Assembly (NCBI GenBank): GCA_963787835.1
Contig: CAWBEI010000002.1
Span: forward strand, 1,854,477-1,918,476
Length of the DNA: 64,000 bases
Direction: 5' to 3'
Source of the DNA: Ignavibacteriota bacterium
Lineage (GTDB): Bacteria > Bacteroidota > Ignavibacteria > Palsa-1295
Part shown: one piece after another, positions 19,178-27,451 of the stretch
Numbering within the stretch: position 1 is the stretch's first letter
How the letters are laid out: each line of letters begins with the position of its first letter
Program-made: the position numbers and the translations under genes
The notes under the pieces: model-generated
What the model was told of the DNA's origin: nothing
The model's database searches: none
The model's input: the letters and a program-made list of their open reading frames with translations, nothing else

Positions 19178-20647
19178 ATGATCGTCCGCGAGATCAGCCG
19201 CATCGCGAATCGCTTGCCGCAGCCCGACGATCATCCGTATCGCACCGGCGCATGGCAGCCGCAATTCGTCGAGTACGACGCCGATGACTGCGACGTGATC
19301 GAGGGCGCGATCCCCGCGGAGCTCGATGGCGTGTACCTGCGCAACACGGAGAACCCGGTGATGCCGGCGCTCGGTCGCTATCACCCGTTCGACGGCGACG
19401 GCATGGTGCACGCGATCCGGTTCGTGCGCGGTCGCGCGTCGTATCGCAATCGCTTCGTGCGCACGGTCGGCCTCGCCGCCGAGCTCGAGGCGGGCGAGCC
19501 GCTGTGGGCGGGCATCGTCGAGTCGCCGAGCAAGTCGACGCGCGATGGCTGGGGCGCGCGCGGCCGCATGAAGGACGCGTCGTCCACCGACGTCCTCGTG
19601 CACGCGGGCCGCGCGCTGACGACGTTCTATCAATGCGGCGATGTCTACCAGATGGATCCGGTGTCGCTCGCGCAACACGGGCCGGCGCCGTGGTCGCGCG
19701 CGTCCGCGATCCCGTCCGGCGTGTCCGCGCATCCCAAGCTCGATCCCGCGACCGGCGAGCTGCTGTATTTCGGCTACGGCACCGACGCGCCATACCTGAC
19801 CTTCGGCGTGCTCGACGCGCGCGGCACGTCGATCCTGCAGCAGCCGGTGCCGCTGCCCGGCCCGCGCTTGCCGCACGACATGGCGTTCACCGAGCACCAC
19901 GCGATCCTGAACGACATGCCGCTGTTCTGGGATCCCGACCTGCTCGCGAAGGGCGTGTATCGCCCGCGCTGGCATCCCGAGATGCCGACGCGGTTCGCGA
20001 TCGTGCCCCGGCGCGGCGGCGAGCCGCGCTGGTTCGAGGCATCGGCGACCTACGTGCTGCACTGGATCAACGCGTACGAGGACGGCGACGAGATCGTGCT
20101 CGACGGTTATCACCAGGCCGATCCGCTGCCGCGTCCGGATCCCGCGGACGGCGCGTACGCCGGCATCAAGCGCATGCTCGACATCCACGCGATGGTCGCG
20201 ACGCCGCATCGCTGGCGCTTCGATCTGCGCACCGGCGCGACCCGCGAGGAGCGCCTGTACGAGGACATCAGCGAGTTTCCGTCGATCCACTACGCCAAGC
20301 CGGGGCGCAAGCATCGCTACGTGTGGTCGATGACCTCGCCGCGCGGCTGGTTCCTGTTCGACGGCATCGTGCGCTACGACCTCGAGACCGGCGCCGAGCA
20401 GCGCTGGACGTATCCCGAGGGCGTGTACGCGAGCGAAGCGCCGATGGCGCCGCGACCCGGCGGCGGGGGCGCCGAAGACGACGGTTGGCTCGTGACGTTC
20501 GTCAGCGACATCGCGCGCGATCGCAGCGAGTGCCACGTCTTCGATGCCGCGCGGGTCGCCGACGGGCCGATCGCGCGCGTCGCGTTGCCGGCGCGGATGT
20601 CGTCGGGCACGCACGCGTGCTGGGCACCGGCGACCGCGCTGGGGTGA
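19178..20647 (+). CDS. Carotenoid/stilbene cleavage dioxygenase (RPE65 family)
   Basis: HPFDGDGM, SAHPK, PHDMAFTE, VLHWINAYE, EDDGWL, GTHACW (four Fe-binding His). Confidence 0.93.
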   Translation: MIVREISRIANRLPQPDDHPYRTGAWQPQFVEYDADDCDVIEGAIPAELDGVYLRNTENPVMPALGRYHPFDGDGMVHAIRFVRGRASYRNRFVRTVGLAAELEAGEPLWAGIVESPSKSTRDGWGARGRMKDASSTDVLVHAGRALTTFYQCGDVYQMDPVSLAQHGPAPWSRASAIPSGVSAHPKLDPATGELLYFGYGTDAPYLTFGVLDARGTSILQQPVPLPGPRLPHDMAFTEHHAILNDMPLFWDPDLLAKGVYRPRWHPEMPTRFAIVPRRGGEPRWFEASATYVLHWINAYEDGDEIVLDGYHQADPLPRPDPADGAYAGIKRMLDIHAMVATPHRWRFDLRTGATREERLYEDISEFPSIHYAKPGRKHRYVWSMTSPRGWFLFDGIVRYDLETGAEQRWTYPEGVYASEAPMAPRPGGGGAEDDGWLVTFVSDIARDRSECHVFDAARVADGPIARVALPARMSSGTHACWAPATALG

Positions 20648-20678
20648 TCTCCAAGAGACCTCCGAGAGATCTCCGTGA
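20646..20678. promoter_or_regulatory. Three tandem 11-bp imperfect direct repeats
   Basis: GATCTCCAAGA GACCTCCGAGA GATCTCCGTGA, upstream of the gene starting at 20758. Confidence 0.45.
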
Positions 20679-20757
20679 GCCGCGGCTTTCGCTCGCCGCG
20701 TCAGGATAGTGTGGACGATGCACGATCTTTTTCGTGCGTGTTCGTCCAGGAGGTTGC

Positions 20758-21294
20758 ATGCACCGTGCGCTCAAGGTCTGCCTCTGTCTCGCTCTGCTTT
20801 CCTCGGTAGCGTTTGCCGACCCGCCGGCACCGCCGAGCGATGGCCCGACGTTTCGCAACGGCTTCTCGGCCTCGGTCGGTGAGGAGTTCGGATCCGGGCC
20901 GTCGTCCGGGTTCTCCGGGCAGCTCTACGGTGTCGACTGGCGCATCGGCGCCGCGATCAACCCGAGCCTCGCGGTCTACCTCGACTCGCACCTCTCGCTC
21001 GGCACCGCGAAGATCGGCACGACCTCGGGCTACACCGGCAACTTCGCGTCCGCGGGCATCCTCGAATACACGATGTCGCAGGGCCTGTTCGTCGGCGGCG
21101 GCGGCGGCTACGGCGTGCTCAACAACCCGAGCGGCCCGCTCGCGCAGGTCCGCGTCGGCTGGTATCCGTTCGGACACGCCGCCGACGTCTCTCGACACTT
21201 CGACGTCGCGGTCGACGCGCGCTGGTACTTCGCGGGCGACGCGATCGGCACCGTGACGCACGTGGCGCTGACGATCGGCTACGACCGGTTCTGA
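20758..21294 (+). CDS. Small outer-membrane beta-barrel-like protein
   Basis: RBS GGAGG, signal peptide ending AFA, alternating Gly/aromatic strands, C-terminal Phe (GYDRF). Confidence 0.7.
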   Translation: MHRALKVCLCLALLSSVAFADPPAPPSDGPTFRNGFSASVGEEFGSGPSSGFSGQLYGVDWRIGAAINPSLAVYLDSHLSLGTAKIGTTSGYTGNFASAGILEYTMSQGLFVGGGGGYGVLNNPSGPLAQVRVGWYPFGHAADVSRHFDVAVDARWYFAGDAIGTVTHVALTIGYDRF

Positions 21295-21371
21295 TCGCGC
21301 GCGCTTGTATCTCCTCCACGGTGAGTAGCCGCGAGGCGCAGTACGCTTCCCCGCGTGGGAAGCACAACGGA

Positions 21372-21518
21372 TCGGGAGAGGGTCGCCGTGAGGCGCTCGA
21401 GGCTGCGTCCTCGGGACTGAGATTGGCGCCCTCGCCCGATGCTTTAGGCTCGAACGGTATCCTGAGGCCTGGGAAGTCCCGGGGTCCTCGCATGGACAAG
21501 CACGAGCAGGAGCATCGG
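21372..21518 (+). ncRNA. Predicted IS110 bridge RNA (target- and donor-binding loops)
   Basis: Two stem/internal-loop/stem modules; loop segments GCGCT, GGACTGAG, ACGGTATC and ACAAG match the element's own target and donor junctions. Confidence 0.8.
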
Positions 21519-21557
21519 CCCCGAGGCTCTCGATCGACTTCCCCGAGGAGCAAGCAG

Positions 21558-22740
21558 ATGCGTTTCGCGGGGATCGACATTGGAGCCGAACGCCACGTGG
21601 TCGCAGTCGTCGACGACACGGGGGCAACAGTCACGAAATCGACGCAGTTCGCCGAAGACGCAGGCGGTTACGAGCGCGCGCGGGCGCTGCTCGGCGAGCC
21701 CAAGGAGGTGCTCGTCGCGATGGAGGCGACCGGTCACTACTGGCAGAACCTGTTCGCGGTCCTGGCCGCGCACGGCTACGCGATCGCGCTCATCAATCCG
21801 CTGCGGACCGCACGGTTCGCCGGCGAGGAGATGGCACGGACCAAGACGGATGCGATCGACGCGCTCGGGATCGCGCGCTTCGCACAGCAGAAGCGACCGG
21901 CGGCAACGCCGTTGACCGACGCCGTCACGCTCGAGCTCCGCGAGCTCGTGCTGATGCGCGAGCGCTTCGTGCAGGAGCTCGGCGACAAGGTCCGCCAGCT
22001 GCACCGCGTCGTCGACCTCGGCTTCCCCGAGCTGACGCGGCACGTGAAGACCCTGGACAGCGACCTGGCGCTGACACTGCTGCACGAGCTGCCGACGGCC
22101 GCCTCGTACAAAGGCGTCACGCCCGGGTGCATCGCGAAACTGGTCTACGACGGCCGCCACAAGATCGAGCTGGAGCTCGCGAAGGCGATCTTCGCAGCGG
22201 CGGCGACGTCGGTCGGGCAGCATCACGGTCCTGCGTTTCAGCTCGAGATCCGCTACCTGTGCGAGCACATCCGACTGCTCAAGAAGCAGCTCAAGACGCT
22301 GGAGGCCGACATCGAGCGCAAGCTCGAGGACAACGAGGTCGGTCAATTGCTGACGACGATCCCCGGCATCGGGCCGCAGACTTCAGCGCGCATCATCGCG
22401 GCCGTGGTCGACCCGGCGCGCTTCCGCGACGGCGCTGCATTTGCATCGTACCTCGGCGTCGTGCCGGCGCTGCGACACTCCGGCAAGCACGCGCCGCTCC
22501 GCGCCGGAATCTCGTCGCTGGGGCATGCGCGCTTGCGCAAGAACCCTGGATGCCGGTCATGACGGCCGTCCGCAAGAACCCGTGGCTCAAGGCCTTCTAG
22601 AACGTCTCGTCGCCGCCGGCAAGCTCAAGAAGGTCGCGCTCGTCGCCGCCATGCGGAAACTCGCGCACGCGATCTACAGCGTCGCGAAGAACCGCCGTCC
22701 GTTCGTCCCGCGCCTCGCCGCGGTCAGCGAGGCAGCATGA
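21558..22740 (+). CDS. IS110 recombinase/transposase (indels near 22545 and 22599)
   Basis: GIDIG, AMEATGHYW, KTDAIDA (DEDD RuvC-like); TIPGIG, RF....FASYLG..P...HSG, ALVAAMRKL. Confidence 0.93.
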
Positions 22741-22765
22741 AACGCTTGACGAAGAACACGGTATC

Positions 22766-23323
22766 TCAGTCCGCGGGGCAGGTGACGAGCACGTCGCTGT
22801 TCCACGTGCCCAGCGTGTCCATCGTCGGCATCGCGGGGTTGAGGATGTGCGCCTCGAACGTGTGGTTGATGATGTCGTAGAAGTCGGGATCCGCCGTCAC
22901 GGTCGCGGGGTACACGAACGGCGCGGTGTCGGTGTCGGAGTCGGAGCCGGACCCGGACCCGGAACCCGAGCCGGACCCGGTCTCGTCGAGATCGAGCACG
23001 AGGTCGGAGCCGATCGCGACGTGATCGTGGATCCCGGTGCGCGTGAACGACGCGACGTGACCGCCCTCGTCATCCGCGTCTTCGCTCGGCTGCAAGTAGT
23101 AGAGCTCGACCGCCGCCGAGCCCGCGGTCGGACAGCCGACGAAGAAGATCGGATCTTCGATCCCGACATCGGGCGGCGGCGTGCCGAACACCGCGATCGC
23201 GACCCCCTGCGAGACCGGCGCGACGTCGGCATCGGGGCCGGTGTTGCCTGCATCGATCGTCGAGTCGCTCGCGTTGCGACACGCCGCGAGCGCGAGCAGC
23301 GCGAGCGCCGGCGCGCGCGTCAC
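22766..23323 (-). CDS. Hypothetical lipoprotein with (GS)n linker
   Basis: Lipobox LAAC; GTG start overlaps the stop of the upstream gene; GSGSGSGSGS tract. Confidence 0.65.
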   Translation of the reverse strand: MTRAPALALLALAACRNASDSTIDAGNTGPDADVAPVSQGVAIAVFGTPPPDVGIEDPIFFVGCPTAGSAAVELYYLQPSEDADDEGGHVASFTRTGIHDHVAIGSDLVLDLDETGSGSGSGSGSGSDSDTDTAPFVYPATVTADPDFYDIINHTFEAHILNPAMPTMDTLGTWNSDVLVTCPAD

Positions 23324-26300
23324 GCCGGCCCCGGCGGCACGAGGCTCGGTCCGGGCATCACGCGCGGCGGCTCGCCGCCCGCGGACAGCAGCTGCCACGC
23401 GGTCGTCCACGCGGTCCAGCGCAGCGGCTCGCGACCGAACAGCGCGCTCCTGCCCTCGAGCATCGGCGCTTCGAGCCCGGTGATCATCTCACCGCGCATC
23501 GCGGGAGCCAGCTGGCGCGCATGCAGGTCGTACACGATCTCGGCAGCGTAACCGGGGCCGGGCCACGCGACGAGGCCCTCGCGCGAGACGTCGTAGGCGG
23601 GCACTCTGCCCGATGTGCCGCGCAGCACATCCTCGAGCTGCTCGCGCACGACGTCGACACCGGCGAGCTTGTAGAAGCCGGCGAGCGCGATCTCGAAGAT
23701 CGCGCGCTGATCGGCGGGCAGCTGCGCGATCCAGCCGCGCACCGGCACGCTCGCGAGCAGCCAGCCCGATTGCTCCTCGAACGCGATCGTCGCCGGCTCG
23801 TCGCCGACGCTCGGCGCGGCGAGCGCGATCTGCGCGCGATTCGACGCGAGCTCGACGTGCGCGACCGCGACATCGGTCGCGTGAAACGGCGTCGCCTCGT
23901 CGAGCATCGCGACGAGCTCGCGCTCGGCGAACTTCGCGATCGCCTCCTCGACGTGGTGCAACGCCTCGCGATGCTTGGCGACGCCGCGCTCGTCGCTCTT
24001 GCGCGCCGATCGCCGCAGCTTCGCGTACAGCTTCGGGATCGTGCCGCTGTGAAAGCCGGGCCGCAGCAGCGACGTCATCGTCTCGCCGTGATGGCCGAAG
24101 CCGACCGCGCGCAGCTCGTCGGGCCGGGTCGCCGCGTACAGCTTCCAGTTCTCCTTGAGCTCCCAGACCAGGAAGCCGGCGACCCCGGGGATCATGAACA
24201 GCATGAAGCCGGCGAGCCCGCGACCGAGCGTCGCGCCGAGCGCGGCCGACAGCGGCGGCGTCATCGCGTCGAGCAGCGGGCGCATGAACGGCAGCGTCAC
24301 CTTCGCCGCGACCGTCACGACCGGGAAGTGCTTCACCGGATTGACGACCGGCTCGAACATCAGGTTGACGAACATGCGCAGCAGGTAGGTCAGGAAGAAC
24401 CACAGCGTGCCGAACACGCCCTTGAGCACGATCGTCACCGGCGATTGGCCGGCGCGGAAACGGAAGAACTCGTCGACGCGATAGAGCGCGCGGTCGAACA
24501 GCTCGATCAGGCGCGCGAACACGTCGATGATGAGCTTGATGACGCCGGGCAGCAGTCGGCGCGCGACGTGCCGGCTCGACATCACCAGCCAATCGGACAG
24601 CAGCTCCCACGCGAGCCGACCGCGCTGCGAGTTGATGACGAGCGCGACCACCGCGAACACGGCGATCGCGAGCGGCCAGCGAATGTCGCCGCCGAACAGC
24701 AGCACCGCGATCACCGCCGGGATCGCCGGCTCGAGCGCATAGCGCGCGACCTTGCTGCGCACGACGAACCGCACGGCCGGCAGGCGCCAGATCGCGAGCG
24801 GCAGATCGAACAGGATCAAGCGCAGGCCGCGACCGGTCATGCGCAGGGCGATCAGCGACCCGCGGCGCACGGCGGTGACGTGCAGGAGCAGGAACACGAA
24901 GATGCCGACGCTGACGTACGTCGGCATCGGATCGGCGAGCTCGAGCTCGATGCCGGTCGTCAGGTGGATGATCGCGCCGCCGAGGTGCTCGATCCCGATG
25001 ACCGAGACGTACGCCGCGATCGCCGGCAGCAGCACGTACATGCTGACGCCGCGGCCGATCGGCGTGCCGAACAGGATCGACGACAGCTTCTGCAGCCCGC
25101 GCAGATAGATCTCGCCGCGGCGATACACGCCGTCGAGCGTGGTCGCGAGGATCTTGTCCGCGCGCAGCAGCTGATCGCCGCGCACGAGATGCTCCGCGCG
25201 GAGATCGCGCATCTTGAGATCGTTGTGCGACAGCGCGTCGCGCAGGTTGCCGAGCGACAGCCGGCCGACGTCGACCGCGCGATCGAGCAGCTCGTCGACG
25301 AGCTTCTTCTGCGCGACGCGCTCGGGCAGGTTGCCCGGGCGAAGATCGACCTCGTCGAGCGCCGCCTCGATCTTCGGGCGCAGCACGTGCCGCACCTGAT
25401 GATCCGCGTGCTCGACCATGTCGTGCACCGCGGTCGCGAGCTGCTCGCGCTCGTCCGACGACACGAGGCCGACCTCCGCGATCTTCTTGTTCGCGGAGTG
25501 CACGTGCTTCGCGAGCCGGATCTCGCGCATCGCGGGCAGCGCGCGCACGACCGGCTGCTTGCCGAGCGACATCGCCCACGTCACGACGTCGACGACGCGA
25601 TCCTCGCGTCCCCAGTCGACGACCGCCGATTGCAGATCGTGGAGCAGCCGCGCGCCCGCGGTGTAGCGCACGACGCGCTGGCCCGCGGCGTAGCGCGCCA
25701 CCGGCAGCAGGGCGGCGGTCCAGGTCTCGGCGGGGACGCCCCCCAGCGCGGCCGCGAGCCGCGAGGTCAGCGCGTCGAGATCCGCGCGCGCGGCGTCGTC
25801 GTCACCGGCGCGCAGCGCGAGGATCGCGGCGCGTGCGTGGTTGCCCTTCGCGCGCGCGGCGTCGGCGGCCGGTCGCACGGATGGATCGCGCACGACGCGC
25901 AGCGGCGCGCGCGTGCGCACCGCGCTCGCGTGGTTCTCGAGCTCGGGACGCTCGGGCGCGGCGGCGGGACGACTCGTGGCGAGCAGCGCGGCGTCGTCGA
26001 GGTCGAGCGCGATCGTCGCGTCGACGTGCGTCGAGTGATGCAGCGTCGGGAACATGCGCGCGATCTCGCGCGGCGCGAAGTGCTTGAGCTCGAGATAGAG
26101 CGCGACGAACTCGACGTAGGTCGTGAGGTCGTCGTCGGGTGGAAGCAGCGTGTCCTCCGCGCGCAACACGACGCGGATCTCGTCGAACTCGGTCTCGCCG
26201 ATGCGGTGCACGCGCTCGTGGATCGCGGCCGCGGTCAGCGCGCGCTCGGTGCCGACGCGCGCGTCGAACATCGCGTGCACGCGGCCGTGAAAGATCGCGC

Positions 26301-26574
26301 GCCACGCGGCGGTCCACGCATCGGCGCTTCCGCTCGCGAGCGCGCCGCGATCGCCGCGAAACGCGACGACCTCGTCGGGCAAGCCCGCGATCGCCGCGAC
26401 CTGCGGCTCGAGCTCGGCGAGCGCGCTGCGCGACAGCGCGTAGCTGTCGGCGTGCGGCACCTGCAGCCCGATGCCGGGCAACCCGCGGTGGTGCTTGATC
26501 ACCCGCCGCAGCGCGCGGTCCTCGACGACCACAGCGCCGACCGCGGCGAGCTGCGCATCGAGATCGTCCACCAC
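23320..26574 (-). CDS. Large (1084 aa) hypothetical integral membrane protein
   Basis: Intact GC3-rich ORF with a helical N-terminal half, multiple central TM segments and motif EPVVNPVKHFPVVTVAAK. Confidence 0.8.
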   Translation of the reverse strand: MVDDLDAQLAAVGAVVVEDRALRRVIKHHRGLPGIGLQVPHADSYALSRSALAELEPQVAAIAGLPDEVVAFRGDRGALASGSADAWTAAWRAIFHGRVHAMFDARVGTERALTAAAIHERVHRIGETEFDEIRVVLRAEDTLLPPDDDLTTYVEFVALYLELKHFAPREIARMFPTLHHSTHVDATIALDLDDAALLATSRPAAAPERPELENHASAVRTRAPLRVVRDPSVRPAADAARAKGNHARAAILALRAGDDDAARADLDALTSRLAAALGGVPAETWTAALLPVARYAAGQRVVRYTAGARLLHDLQSAVVDWGREDRVVDVVTWAMSLGKQPVVRALPAMREIRLAKHVHSANKKIAEVGLVSSDEREQLATAVHDMVEHADHQVRHVLRPKIEAALDEVDLRPGNLPERVAQKKLVDELLDRAVDVGRLSLGNLRDALSHNDLKMRDLRAEHLVRGDQLLRADKILATTLDGVYRRGEIYLRGLQKLSSILFGTPIGRGVSMYVLLPAIAAYVSVIGIEHLGGAIIHLTTGIELELADPMPTYVSVGIFVFLLLHVTAVRRGSLIALRMTGRGLRLILFDLPLAIWRLPAVRFVVRSKVARYALEPAIPAVIAVLLFGGDIRWPLAIAVFAVVALVINSQRGRLAWELLSDWLVMSSRHVARRLLPGVIKLIIDVFARLIELFDRALYRVDEFFRFRAGQSPVTIVLKGVFGTLWFFLTYLLRMFVNLMFEPVVNPVKHFPVVTVAAKVTLPFMRPLLDAMTPPLSAALGATLGRGLAGFMLFMIPGVAGFLVWELKENWKLYAATRPDELRAVGFGHHGETMTSLLRPGFHSGTIPKLYAKLRRSARKSDERGVAKHREALHHVEEAIAKFAERELVAMLDEATPFHATDVAVAHVELASNRAQIALAAPSVGDEPATIAFEEQSGWLLASVPVRGWIAQLPADQRAIFEIALAGFYKLAGVDVVREQLEDVLRGTSGRVPAYDVSREGLVAWPGPGYAAEIVYDLHARQLAPAMRGEMITGLEAPMLEGRSALFGREPLRWTAWTTAWQLLSAGGEPPRVMPGPSLVPPGPA

Positions 26575-26678
26575 GCCACCATAACATCTGCCTCGCGCGG
26601 CGTCGTTCGTGCGGTCAGCGCGACTGTGTGTGCAGCGCGCCGGTCTGCATGAGCCAGAACCGCGTTACGCTCGCCGCG

Positions 26679-27409
26679 ATGGGAGTCGTCCGCGGGATCG
26701 GGCTGGCGTCTTGTTCGCGCTCGGCGCGCTGACCGGGCTCGCGGTCGGCGCGCTCGTCATCTTCTGGGTGAGCCTGTATCGCGGCAAGCGCGCGGTGCAC
26801 GCGGACGGCGTGCTGTGCCGCGCCGAGGTCATCGCGCGCGACGACGTGGTCGGACCGGCGCTCGCGGGCACCGCGATCGTGCGCTTGTCGGGCGCGTTCG
26901 CGGGCACGGCCACGACCGGGCACGACGTGCTCGGCATGGACATCCGGTTCCAGCGCGCTGCCTCGGACGACGCGAGCGTCGGCGATCAGGATCTGCTGCT
27001 CGGCAGCTTCGAGTCCTTTCACACCGCACCGCACGACGAGCAGACGACCGACGCGGTCGACTACCTCGACAACGTCTATTCGACGGTCACGCCGTGGTGG
27101 ACGCCGGGTCACGGTCCGGTCGTGTGGCACGTCGAGCGGCCCGCGCGCCGCGCCGCCGACCGCGCCGCCGATCGCACGGGGCGCCTCGACGCCGACATCG
27201 TCGACGACGTCGCGCGCATCGTGCTGCGCATCGCCGACGCGCCGGTCGCCGAGCTCCGCTTGACCTCGCGCCTCGCGTCCGATCAGCGATCGCTGCGCGC
27301 GTCGATGTTCCACGTCGGCCGGCGCGTTCGCCCGGTCGGGTTTCGCAACGGCATCCGCGCGACGGTCTATCCAATCAGTCAATTCGCCCGCGGTTTGCGC
27401 GGCGGCTAG
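26679..27409 (+). CDS. Small catalase-related (heme catalase superfamily) protein; start uncertain, possible 5' frameshift
   Basis: RAVHADG (cf. RxxHxKG), IVRLSG, DVLGMDIRF, QDLLL. Confidence 0.6.
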
Positions 27410-27451
27410 CTGAGAACGCCGGGGCACTGCGTGTAAGCTGCAAGGCCGAGG

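Larger units (their letters stand above)
21304..22766 (+). mobile_element. IS110-family (IS621-like) insertion sequence bounded by CT cores
   Basis: Left junction gcgcgcg-CT-tgtat, right junction acggtat-CT-cagtc; about 250-bp non-coding left end followed by a DEDD recombinase. Confidence 0.88.

Noticed and set aside
21307-22767. GTATCTC at 21307-21313 and 22761-22767 as a 7-bp target-site duplication
   Set aside because: IS110 elements do not make such TSDs, and the guide matches place the boundaries at the CT cores 21304-21305 and 22765-22766
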